A stretch of DNA of 60,525 nucleotides from an uncultured Gammaproteobacteria bacterium (GCA_964388785.1 CAYMBX010000001.1:1-60525), one strand, 5' to 3'; counted from the first letter of the stretch, positions 8,960 through 17,210 are shown. The notes: generated by a model from the sequence alone, not told the origin. Made by a program: numbers and translations.

Positions 8960-9884
8960 GCAGCATCGATATGAGCATGATCACCGAGCACGGCCTCGTG
9001 ATCCGTGACGAGGAGCGAACACATCGCGTCCTCGTCCGCAAGGACATGTCCCACCTGCTCGGAAAAGATCCGGCGGTGACCTGCCTCAATCCGGACGCTC
9101 CGGAGAACGAGCGGGTCTACCAAAAGGTCTTCACCAAACGTCGCATCTACCTGCCCAGCGAGTACGACCTTGCGGTGACCAATCACCTCAAGGGCAGGTA
9201 CGTCCTCGTGCTCGCGATGAACGGCTACTCGTCCATCAAGCCGGAGCAGTGCGCAGCCTGGGGCATCAAGCCCGGCGCGTATGAGCATGCCTGCCGGAAC
9301 CTCCTCAAGACGGTCTGGGCAACACTCCGCAAGGAGTTCCCCGACCTGGACATCCGGCTCGTCCACGGAAGCTCCGATCTGGGCGTTGACCGAGCGATCA
9401 TCCAGGCAGCCACGGAGCTGCGCCGTGAGACGCTCGGCTTCTCCTGCCCAGAGTATGCATTCTATGTGCCGGACGACGATGACTTCCCGATGTACATTGC
9501 CGCGACCGTCGCGGAGTACTCAGATGCGTTCGTACGCTCCGCCGACGTGCTCATCGCCGCAAACGGCCGGCTGCAGGCCTACCGGATGAACACCTTGTCG
9601 TGTTCGAACACGACAAGGTGTTCATCCCGATCAACGTGCTGCGACTGATCTCGACGCTGGCAGGTCCGCCACCCAAGAATGCGGCAGGCCAAATCGAGGA
9701 TGCGGTCGCGCACTTCGAGCAGCGCCTGCACATGATCGGACAGGACCGTCCGCATGTTCCCGGAACCGTTGCTCACGACAAATGGAAGAGCGCTCTCTGG
9801 GAGCTCGGCGAAGTACTCATCGATGTTTGCCGACATCAACTCGACCCCGAGATCGGTCTCGAGGTTCCCCCTCCGTCCCGCTGA
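8956..9884 (+). pseudogene. Rossmann/SLOG-like protein gene interrupted by a 44-bp palindrome (reads as ORFs 8956..9648 and 9600..9884)
   Basis: Removing exactly 9584..9627 joins frame 1 to frame 3 seamlessly (...ANGRLQAY-P-INVLRLIS...) and gives one ORF of about 294 aa. VHGSSDLGVDRAIIQAA...ADVLIAANG resembles SLOG/YpsA/DprA-type folds (weak). Confidence 0.5.
9584..9627. repeat. Perfect 44-bp palindrome (GGATGAACACCTTGTCGTGTTC|GAACACGACAAGGTGTTCATCC)
   Basis: Checked base by base: 22+22 nt with no mismatch, centred on TTCGAA, inside coding sequence. Confidence 0.95.
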
Positions 9885-9897
9885 CGGAGGGTTTTTT
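9869..9897 (+). terminator. Rho-independent terminator
   Basis: CCCTCCGTC-ccgct-GACGGAGGG followed by TTTTTT. Confidence 0.85.
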
Positions 9898-9916
9898 ATT
9901 AGGTGCAAAAAAACGC

Positions 9917-9956
9917 TTGACAGCATCATTACTTCGTGTGTATACTTACACTAAGT
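9917..9956 (+). promoter_or_regulatory. nrtR promoter (TTGACA-N18-TATACT) with palindromic operator site A, ACTTCGTGT-N8-ACACTAAGT (9931..9956)
   Basis: The -10 box at 9941..9946 lies in the operator spacer. The ATG at 9957 is only 10 nt after the -10 box, so the mRNA is nearly leaderless. Confidence 0.6.
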
Positions 9957-10625
9957 ATGAAACACCACCCTTCTGCCCAAAATGTAAAAGTTGCTGTGGA
10001 CGCGATCATTTTTACCATCAAAAATGATGCACTTCATGTCCTTCTCATCCAAATGAAAAAAACGCCGTTTACAGGACAATGGGCAGTGCCCGGTGGTCTC
10101 ATTGAAGAAAAAGAAACGACGCATGAAGCCGCAACACGTATTTTGCATACCCAAACCGGCGTCAGAGATGTTTACCTGGAGCAGCTCATGACGTTTGACG
10201 ACGTCGAACGGGATCCGGCGGGACGCGTCTTGAGCGTCTCCTACTTCGCCCTTCTCCCAAATGCCGATGCCAAGATCAAAACGACGGAAAAATATTCCGA
10301 TGTCCGTTGGTGGCCGATCAAGAAACTGCCGACACTTGCCTACGATCACCAACCAATGATTCGTCTCGCACGTAAACGCCTTGAATCAAAAATTCAATAT
10401 ACCAACATCGTCTGGAGCTTGCTTCCACGCGAATTCACGCTCACACAACTTCAACGCGTGTACGAAATCATTCTCGATAAACCGCTCGACAAACGCAATT
10501 TTCGAAAACGCCTCTTGGCCCTGGATTTCATCAAACCCACCGGAAAAAAAGAACAAGGAAGTGCGTATCGACCGGCTGCCCTTTATCAATTCAAACAGCA
10601 CACACTTGAATACGTAGAGATTTAA
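9957..10625 (+). CDS. nrtR: NrtR-type regulator (Nudix-like ADP-ribose-sensing domain plus C-terminal winged helix)
   Basis: Degenerate Nudix box GQWAVPGGLIEEKETTHEAATRILHTQTGV (REL changed to RIL, EE lost). C-terminal FTLTQLQRVYEIILDKPLDKRNFRKRL wHTH. Sits directly upstream of NAD genes. Confidence 0.75.
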   Translation: MKHHPSAQNVKVAVDAIIFTIKNDALHVLLIQMKKTPFTGQWAVPGGLIEEKETTHEAATRILHTQTGVRDVYLEQLMTFDDVERDPAGRVLSVSYFALLPNADAKIKTTEKYSDVRWWPIKKLPTLAYDHQPMIRLARKRLESKIQYTNIVWSLLPREFTLTQLQRVYEIILDKPLDKRNFRKRLLALDFIKPTGKKEQGSAYRPAALYQFKQHTLEYVEI

Positions 10626-10626
10626 G

Positions 10627-10650
10627 AAAAAGGGACAAAATCCCTTTTCT
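10627..10650 (+). terminator. Rho-independent terminator of nrtR
   Basis: AAAAAGGGA-caaaa-TCCCTTTT. Confidence 0.7.
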
Positions 10651-10651
10651 C

Positions 10652-10686
10652 TTGACGTATCAGTTAGTGTGTAATATACACTATAT
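10652..10686 (+). promoter_or_regulatory. NAD-island promoter (TTGACG-N17-TATACA) with operator site B, AGTTAGTGT-N7-ACACTATAT (10662..10686)
   Basis: Same half-site and the same -10-in-spacer geometry as sites A and C. About 158-nt leader to the nadD-like ATG. Confidence 0.6.
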
Positions 10687-10844
10687 AAAATCTTACACAA
10701 TTCATTGACAGAACAACGATTTTCTTGTAACGTCTTCCCCTTTCCTGAATCAGTTAATTAGAAATTTGCGCTTGGACTTCTCGAGCATAAATTTCTCACC
10801 TTCAAAGAGTTGGAGGTGAACCGCACTTCAAAACCGAGGACGTC

Positions 10845-11450
10845 ATGAAAAAGGTGTTTGTGCTTGGCGGGAGTTTCAACCCGCCCGCTCTCCACCACGA
10901 AACAATCGTCCGTGAGCTCATCGCAGTGCTCGATTCGAAGGACGAGCTTCTGGTAATCCCCTGCGGCGATCGGCCGGACAAACGGACCACTGGTTCGGTT
11001 GCGCCGATGCATCGCGCCAACCTAGCACGTCTCGCCTTCGGCAAGTTCGATCGAGTCATGCTCGACTTAAGCGATCTCGACCACGACGAGTTCACCCGCA
11101 CCGCCGATCTCAACGATCGGCTTCGCGCGCAGTATCAAGATTATGAGATCATTCTGGTTGTTGGTCAGGATCTGATCGAAGGCGGGGCCACGGGAGCATC
11201 CGAAATCCATCGCGTTTGGCACAGAGACGAAGAGCTGTGGAACGACGCATCGTTCCTTGTGCTCACGCGCGGTGACAAAGTGCCGGATCGAGATGATCTT
11301 CCGCCACACAGCCACGTCCTACAGATCAGCGCGCCCGGCTCGAGCAGCGAGGTCCGATCACTTATTCGTGAAAACCGCGACGTTCGGTCGCTTATCAGCC
11401 CGAAAGTGCACGAATACATCGTGCATCACCGGCTTTACATGGAGAGATGA
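10845..11450 (+). CDS. nadD: Nicotinate/nicotinamide-mononucleotide adenylyltransferase
   Basis: GGSFNPPALHHETIV (GxFxPxHxxH) and C-terminal SAPGSSSEVRSLI (ISST-like). GAGGA Shine-Dalgarno. Confidence 0.8.
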   Translation: MKKVFVLGGSFNPPALHHETIVRELIAVLDSKDELLVIPCGDRPDKRTTGSVAPMHRANLARLAFGKFDRVMLDLSDLDHDEFTRTADLNDRLRAQYQDYEIILVVGQDLIEGGATGASEIHRVWHRDEELWNDASFLVLTRGDKVPDRDDLPPHSHVLQISAPGSSSEVRSLIRENRDVRSLISPKVHEYIVHHRLYMER

Positions 11451-12580
11451 TGGTTACGCGAGAAAGTCGATTTCAAGGTTCGCTCATGGGCGTACGCATC
11501 GGCGACGGCCTCGGTATGCCGTGGGAATCGCTCACCGCCGAGCAGATTCGCGAGCGCACCGATGGGAAGGGCGTGCATACGTACCACTCCCCACAGCAAC
11601 GCAGCGATGCGCCAGCATGGGCTCTGCAGCTCGGGATTCTCAACCCGGGTGACTCAACCGATGACTGGCAGCTCACGCGCGCGACGGCACAAAGTCTCAT
11701 TCGCTGTGGCCAGCTCGATCTCGCCGATCTGGCACGCACCTTCGTCGACGAACACGCGATCTGCCGTCTCGGTTGGGGCGGAACCACCGAGTGGGGCATC
11801 GCGCAGATCGAAGCGTGGTTCAAGACAAACGGAATCGAAGGACGTTCGCCCGGAGAGTTCCCTCCAAATCCGGAAAGCGAGAACGAACGTTTCGGCACCG
11901 GCAACGGAGTCGCGATGCGCATCGCGCCGATCGGCCTGCTGGCCAGCCACGCGTTTAGCGAAGATGGCCGGATCGATGAGGGTGCGCTGATCAGCTTCAT
12001 GGAGTCTGTCTGGGGAGTGGGAGGTCTCACACATCCAGACCCGCGGGCAACGGTCGGCGCATTCGCGATCGCGAGCTTCATTGCGCGACTCACTGCGCGC
12101 GAAGGCCGGCCGCTCGCACAGCACCATCTCCTCAAGATGTTCGACAGTGTGCTCTATGAGGTCACACGCATGGAGCGCGAGTTCGCGTCGACGATCGGCT
12201 GGACGAGAAATCGTGAGCCGTTCTCAGCGCGGATGAACTGGATTCGTCCGCTCATTCTGGCGAATGCGTCCGCAACGCAGATCCGCGTGAAGTTCGGAAC
12301 CTCGAGCTACACACTCGAGTCCGCTGCGTTCTCGATCGCGACCTTTCTGCGCCACCCCACGGACTTCCGCGCCGCCCTGCGGGAGGCCGTCGAGGCCGGC
12401 GGGGATACGGACACCAACGCCGCGATCGTAGGAAGTCTCGTGGGCGCGAACGTTGGACTCGAAGGAATCCCTGAGGAGTGGATGGGGCGCGGGGACTTCC
12501 TTGTGGCGGAGACGCTGGGATCCGATCTCTGGAACCTGGTCCTGGACATCCTCACGTCACCGTACTCCAACGCTTCTTGA
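11447..12580 (+). CDS. ADP-ribosylglycohydrolase family protein (DraG/ARH-like)
   Basis: N-terminal FQGSLMGVRIGDGLGMPWE and C-terminal GGDTDTNAAIVGSLVGA, which are typical ARH metal-site motifs. Start overlaps the nadD stop. Confidence 0.8.
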   Translation: MMVTRESRFQGSLMGVRIGDGLGMPWESLTAEQIRERTDGKGVHTYHSPQQRSDAPAWALQLGILNPGDSTDDWQLTRATAQSLIRCGQLDLADLARTFVDEHAICRLGWGGTTEWGIAQIEAWFKTNGIEGRSPGEFPPNPESENERFGTGNGVAMRIAPIGLLASHAFSEDGRIDEGALISFMESVWGVGGLTHPDPRATVGAFAIASFIARLTAREGRPLAQHHLLKMFDSVLYEVTRMEREFASTIGWTRNREPFSARMNWIRPLILANASATQIRVKFGTSSYTLESAAFSIATFLRHPTDFRAALREAVEAGGDTDTNAAIVGSLVGANVGLEGIPEEWMGRGDFLVAETLGSDLWNLVLDILTSPYSNAS

Positions 12581-12591
12581 TCTCCTTCTTC

Positions 12592-12640
12592 GCGGACCGG
12601 CTGTGCCTCGGTCGGTCCGCACACCCTTTTTCTTCTTTGT
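12592..12640 (+). terminator. Probable terminator hairpin (GCGGACCG...CGGTCCGC followed by a T-run)
   Basis: Read directly. The T-run is 6 nt after the stem, so this is weaker than the other terminators. Confidence 0.5.
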
Positions 12641-12663
12641 CATTTCGAACGAACCCCCTCTCC

Positions 12664-12742
12664 CTTGTCATCCTGAGGGAGCGCAGCGACCGAAGGATCT
12701 CAAAGTCTGTCGGGATCCTTCGCTGACGCTCAGGATGACAGG
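12664..12742. repeat. Long REP-like inverted repeat (CTTGTCATCCTGAG...CGAAGGATC / GATCCTTCG...CTCAGGATGACAGG)
   Basis: Nested arms at 12664-12677/12729-12742 and 12691-12699/12714-12722. Resembles the GTCATCCTGAG...GAAGGATC palindromic elements common in environmental genomes. Confidence 0.75.
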
Positions 12743-12826
12743 AAAGAAAGCACTCAAAGTGATCAAAAGTTCGCCTGAAATGACAGAGTGGAAACCCCAC
12801 TCTTCGCACCTTCCAAGGAGCAAACC

Positions 12827-14116
12827 ATGCGTCCACACGCAGAATTGATCGACGAAATCCTCGACGGCCCGGTCGTCGGCAACATGCTCGACGACGACTT
12901 CTACACCTACTCGATGGGTCAGGCAATCGTCTTGAACCGCCCGCAGGTCGAAGTCGACTTTCGTCTCACCAATCGTTCGCGAGGCGTCGTGCTCACCCAC
13001 GAGGTCAGTCCGGACGAGCTCGCACAAGAGCTCGACCGGCTCAAGGTTCGACGTTTCACTCGGACGGAACTGCACTATGTGCTCGGAACCAACGAGTACG
13101 GTGAGCGCATGTTCCGATCGGAGTACATCGACCACTTGCGCGAGCTTGCACTGCCCGATTTTCATCTGGGAGTTCGGGATGATGGCCAGTTCGATCTGCG
13201 CTTTCCGGGCGTTTGGTCTCGGGCCATGCACTGGGAAGTTCCGGCCCTCGCGGCGATCAACGGGCTGCGCATGCGCAATGCTCTGCGGCGGATGACACCC
13301 TTCCAGCGTGATGAGGTCATCGCGCGCGGTGTTGCACGGTTGGGCGAGAAAATCCGCGTCATCCGTGAACTTCCGGGTCTCACGTTCACGGACTTCGGAA
13401 CACGGCGCCGCTTCCATCGTGCCTGGCAGCGCTACATCGACAAGACGCTTGCGCAGGAACTCCCCGGACAATTCCTGGGAACCTCGAACGTCGAGGCAGC
13501 CATGGACTTCGGGCTTCTGCCCATGGGCACCAACGCCCACCAGATGTTCATGGTGATCGCCGCGCTCATGAGCGAAACGGATGAAAGTCTGCTGCGCTCA
13601 CACAACCAGGCCCTGCGCGAGTGGTGGCAGCTCTACGGATGGGGTCTCTCAATCGCGCTCACCGACACCTTCGGCACGGACTTCTTCTTCCGTGACTTCA
13701 CGCCCGAACAGGCGCGCGCATGGAAGGGTCTGCGCCAGGACTCCGGGGATCCGATCGTGTTCGGACACAAGGCACTCGACTACTACCATCGCCGTGGCAT
13801 CGATCCGAAAGAGAAGCTTCTCATCTTCTCGGACGGACTCGATCTCGACATGATCGTCCGGCTCTACAACGAGTTCAAGAACGAGATCAAGGTGAGCTTC
13901 GGATGGGGAACGTTGCTCACCAACGACCTCGGACTCTCACCGATCTCGATCGTCATCAAGGCCATGCGCGCAAGGCGTGATGCGGGAAGCGTGTGGATCG
14001 ACACCTGCAAGCTCTCCGACAACATCGCCAAGGCGATGGGTACACGTGAGACGATCGACCGTTACGCACGTGTGTTCGGCTACGACTCGCACTTCGAGGA
14101 GACACCGATCGTCTGA
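12827..14116 (+). CDS. pncB: Nicotinate phosphoribosyltransferase
   Basis: N-terminal MLDDDFYTYSMGQA (the LDTDxYKxTM pattern), about 430 aa. AAGGAG Shine-Dalgarno 6 nt before ATG 12827; the ORF-track GTG at 12788 was rejected. Confidence 0.85.
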   Translation: MRPHAELIDEILDGPVVGNMLDDDFYTYSMGQAIVLNRPQVEVDFRLTNRSRGVVLTHEVSPDELAQELDRLKVRRFTRTELHYVLGTNEYGERMFRSEYIDHLRELALPDFHLGVRDDGQFDLRFPGVWSRAMHWEVPALAAINGLRMRNALRRMTPFQRDEVIARGVARLGEKIRVIRELPGLTFTDFGTRRRFHRAWQRYIDKTLAQELPGQFLGTSNVEAAMDFGLLPMGTNAHQMFMVIAALMSETDESLLRSHNQALREWWQLYGWGLSIALTDTFGTDFFFRDFTPEQARAWKGLRQDSGDPIVFGHKALDYYHRRGIDPKEKLLIFSDGLDLDMIVRLYNEFKNEIKVSFGWGTLLTNDLGLSPISIVIKAMRARRDAGSVWIDTCKLSDNIAKAMGTRETIDRYARVFGYDSHFEETPIV

Positions 14117-14222
14117 TGCTCCTTTCCCTCCCTGACCAGCCTCACTGGTCGCTTTTCGCCAGCTGCTCACCATATGGTGGGACGCTGACGATTCGTATTG
14201 TTCTTCACAACGAGGTAACCCC

Positions 14223-16271
14223 ATGACCGTCAAGGTACAAACCGTTCGCGGACGTTCAACGTCGCATGGGTTCGCTCGCGTCGCCGCCGCCTCCTTTTGG
14301 ACGCGCCCGGCTGCGATTGAGCAGAATTTGCAGCGTCACCTCGAAGCCGCTCGCGAGGCGGACGCCGAGCGCGTTCAACTGCTCGTCTTCCCTGAACTCG
14401 GCCTCACCGGCTACGCTTGTCGCGATCTCTTCCGGGACGACCACCTGCGCGTGCGTGCGCTCGAAGCGCTTCGGACGTTCTGCGACGAAACCCAGGACAT
14501 GGGAACCGTGTTCGTAGTCGGTCTGCCGCTCGCACTCAACGGTCTGTACAACGTGGCAGCTGTCGTCATTCACGGAGAGGTGCTGGCACTCATCCCCAAA
14601 TCCTTCCTCGCGGCTCGCAGTGAGTGGCAGGAAGACGAATGGTTCGTGCCGGCGTCGCACCTGCAGACCGAGTCGGTCATCCTGCCCTGGCAGAAAGAAG
14701 CCGTTCCGATCGGAACGGACATTCTGATCGAGGTGATGGACGAGAACGATGAAGAGCAGGTGTTCGTTCTGGGTGTCGAAATCTGTGCGGACGGCTGGCA
14801 GGCCGGCTCGCCCGGTGATCGGCTGGCACTCAACGGCGCGACCGTCATCGCCAACCTCTCGGCATCCAACTGGGTGCTCGGGAAGGACAAATGGCGTGAG
14901 GTCGTCTTCCCGGCCAGCTCGGGTCAGCAGAAGGCCGTCTACATCTACTGCACGATGGCTGGCGACTCGACCGCGAGCGTCACTTGGGACGGCCACTGCT
15001 TCATCGCCGAGGACGGCAACATCCTCGCGCGTTCCAAGCGTTGGCTCACGCCCACGCAGAGCGACCTTAGCGTCGCAGACGTGGACATCGCGCGCCTTCT
15101 GCGCGATCGAATGGTCGACGGCGAGTGGGCACAGGCCGAACATCTCCACCAATCGCCGCACCGAAAGATCACCGCCTTCGTGCGCACCTGGCCCGCGGAC
15201 GTCAACGATTTCCGCCGCCCGCTCACGCGCATGCCGTTTGTCCCGAAGGACGCAGCGGTGATGCACGAGGTCGCAACCGAACTGTTCCAGGGTCTCGCCC
15301 AAGGACTGATCGGCCGACTCTGGACGATGAAAAATGGTCAGCCGATCGATACCTACCTTGGCCTCTCCGGCGGGTCGGACTCTACGCTCGTCTATCTCAT
15401 CGCGTGCTACGTCTACGATCGGCTCGGCTGGGACCGCAAGCACTTGCACGCGGTGCGCCTGCCCGGGCCCGCCTCGAGCACGCGCACACAGCGCAACTCA
15501 CGCCTGCTCGCGCAGGCGATGGGGACGAGTCTGCACACCGTCAACATCACGAAGCTCGCCACGCGCGCGCTGCGTGACGTGGGACACGAGCCGTGCTGGC
15601 AGTGCCTCCAGTGCGAGAACGCACAGGCACGCGCCCGCACGTTCGTGCTCATGACCTACGGATTCGTTCTGGGCACCGGCGACATGACCGAAAAGGTGCT
15701 TGGATGGGCCACCTATAACGGCGACCAGATGTCGATGTACGACGTCATCGCCGGAGTGCCCAAGACGCTCGTGCGCTACCTCATCGCCGCCTACGTCGAA
15801 CACATGACCAAGGACATGGTGGTGAGACGCACGCTTCGAAGCATCCTCGCCGAGGTGATCTCGCCCGAGCTCGTCAAAGTCAAGCCCGGCGAACCGATCC
15901 AGTCTTCCGAGGCGAAGATCGGTCCGTACGATCTCAACGACTTCTTCCTCTACCATGTGATCCGCACCGGCGCCACGCCCGCGCGGATCGCCTTCCTCGC
16001 ACAGATCGCGTTCTCGAGGAAGGAACGTGAGACGGACCTCATCTACAACCTGCCAACCATCCTCACGTGGTTGAAGAGCTTCTACAGCCGGTTCAACCCG
16101 GCCCAGTACAAGCGAAATGCCGGTGCGGATAGCGTGCTTATTGGATCGGTGGGAATCGGCCCACACGACAAGCTGCGTTTGCCCTCCGACGGCGATGTGT
16201 TGATCTATCTGCGTGAGGTTGAGGCCATGCTGACGGCTGTCAGCTCATGCACCGAGGCGGCTGCAGCGTAA
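14223..16271 (+). CDS. nadE: Glutamine-dependent NAD+ synthetase (CN-hydrolase domain plus NAD synthetase domain)
   Basis: N-terminal nitrilase-like LLVFPELGLTGY...EICAD. C-terminal LGLSGGSDST PP-loop. 682 aa. GAGGT Shine-Dalgarno. Confidence 0.9.
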   Translation: MTVKVQTVRGRSTSHGFARVAAASFWTRPAAIEQNLQRHLEAAREADAERVQLLVFPELGLTGYACRDLFRDDHLRVRALEALRTFCDETQDMGTVFVVGLPLALNGLYNVAAVVIHGEVLALIPKSFLAARSEWQEDEWFVPASHLQTESVILPWQKEAVPIGTDILIEVMDENDEEQVFVLGVEICADGWQAGSPGDRLALNGATVIANLSASNWVLGKDKWREVVFPASSGQQKAVYIYCTMAGDSTASVTWDGHCFIAEDGNILARSKRWLTPTQSDLSVADVDIARLLRDRMVDGEWAQAEHLHQSPHRKITAFVRTWPADVNDFRRPLTRMPFVPKDAAVMHEVATELFQGLAQGLIGRLWTMKNGQPIDTYLGLSGGSDSTLVYLIACYVYDRLGWDRKHLHAVRLPGPASSTRTQRNSRLLAQAMGTSLHTVNITKLATRALRDVGHEPCWQCLQCENAQARARTFVLMTYGFVLGTGDMTEKVLGWATYNGDQMSMYDVIAGVPKTLVRYLIAAYVEHMTKDMVVRRTLRSILAEVISPELVKVKPGEPIQSSEAKIGPYDLNDFFLYHVIRTGATPARIAFLAQIAFSRKERETDLIYNLPTILTWLKSFYSRFNPAQYKRNAGADSVLIGSVGIGPHDKLRLPSDGDVLIYLREVEAMLTAVSSCTEAAAA

Positions 16272-16283
16272 CCGCGCCTCTCT

Positions 16284-16312
16284 GCAGCGAACTCCCTGTT
16301 CGCTGCTTTTTT
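16284..16312 (+). terminator. Rho-independent terminator after nadE
   Basis: GCAGCGAAC-tccct-GTTCGCTGC followed by TTTTTT. Confidence 0.85.
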
Positions 16313-16347
16313 GTTAAGTGGTAGGAGTGAAGTGTGAGGGGATCGGG

Positions 16348-16380
16348 TTGACGAATTTCAAAAATTCGTGCATAATTCGT
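16348..16380 (+). promoter_or_regulatory. Internal promoter TTGACG-N17-CATAAT with inverted repeat ACGAATTT-ca-AAATTCGT (16351..16369) and a third AATTCGT at 16374
   Basis: Read directly, in a low-GC spacer between nadE and the Nudix pair. Confidence 0.55.
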
Positions 16381-16412
16381 CCTCGCGATTAACGTTGCGA
16401 GCAACTCGGAGA

Positions 16413-17210
16413 ATGGAAATGTCACATTCCATCATGATCAACGGGCGAACAGTGCCCGTGACCGGCCAATACGCACCGGAGGCGGTCGACAGCCCACTCC
16501 TCAAGGACTGGGCGACTTCGCTCGATCCCCGCATCGTCGTGAACAAGGTGAAGGTGCTCGCACTCGTCCTGTTTGGAAAGCTGCCAAAACTCCGCGTCGG
16601 GTTCATGATGATCGATGCGGAGATGACGCTCGATGGCAAGTCCATTCCCGGCGTGGCGTTCCTGCGCGGCGATGCGGTCGCCATCTTCGTCGAAGTCAAC
16701 TGCGAGGGTGAGCGCTACGCACTCATGACCGTTCAACCACGCGGGCCGGTCGGCGAACTACTCGTCGAAATCCCGGCCGGCATGATGGACGGCAGTGGTC
16801 ACTTCCTCGGCAAGGCCGCGGACGAGCTACGCGAAGAAACGGACATCGAGATCGACCCCGCGCAACTCATCGATCTGTGTGCGCTTGCGCAAGGGTCGCC
16901 GGCGCCGCGTGGCGTCTACACGTCCCCAGGCGGCAGCGACGAGGCCATTCACTACTACTGGTACCGCGTCGTCCTCAGCCGCGAGGAGCTCAAGGAACTC
17001 GAAGGCAAGGCTACCGGTCTGCTCGAGGAGGGCGAACAGATCACGCTCAAGGTCGTCCCCTTCGGCGAGCTCGCCCGATACCGCGACGGCAAGCTCATGA
17101 CCGCACTCGGTCTGCTCGCCGTCATGGAACTCGCGGAGACGTACAGGATCGTCGATCGCGCCGTTGTGAACGCAGATCTCAACAAGGCGGCAATCGAAGC
17201 CGCTGCCTAG
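16413..17210 (+). CDS. Nudix hydrolase, ADP-sugar/ADP-ribose pyrophosphatase-like
   Basis: PAGMMDGSGHFLGKAADELREETDIEI Nudix box and a long N-terminal dimerisation-type domain as in ADPRases. Start chosen at ATG 16413 after GGAGA. Confidence 0.7.
   Translation: MEMSHSIMINGRTVPVTGQYAPEAVDSPLLKDWATSLDPRIVVNKVKVLALVLFGKLPKLRVGFMMIDAEMTLDGKSIPGVAFLRGDAVAIFVEVNCEGERYALMTVQPRGPVGELLVEIPAGMMDGSGHFLGKAADELREETDIEIDPAQLIDLCALAQGSPAPRGVYTSPGGSDEAIHYYWYRVVLSREELKELEGKATGLLEEGEQITLKVVPFGELARYRDGKLMTALGLLAVMELAETYRIVDRAVVNADLNKAAIEAAA

Noticed and set aside
10687-10844. Possible NAD or other riboswitch in the ~158-nt leader of the NAD island. Likewise an FMN riboswitch was sought near the rib genes.
   Set aside because: I could not recognise any conserved riboswitch core by eye. 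Only a weak 8-bp stem (AGAAATTT...AAATTTCT) is present. An Rfam scan is needed before claiming anything.
10758-11113. Minus-strand ORFs 10758..11012 and 10802..11113 upstream of and overlapping the nadD-like gene.
   Set aside because: They overlap the motif-supported nadD-like CDS and its leader. No ribosome-binding site or recognisable domain is present.
14256-15449. 397-aa ORF antisense to nadE. Similar long antisense ORFs occur at 6772..7698, 11473..12135, 12668..13540, 16827..17630, 22252..23058, 39022..40119 and 43126..44217.
   Set aside because: Each lies opposite a gene with clear family motifs. Long stop-free antisense frames are expected in high-GC DNA. The products are Arg/Ala/Pro-rich with low complexity, and no ribosome-binding sites are present.
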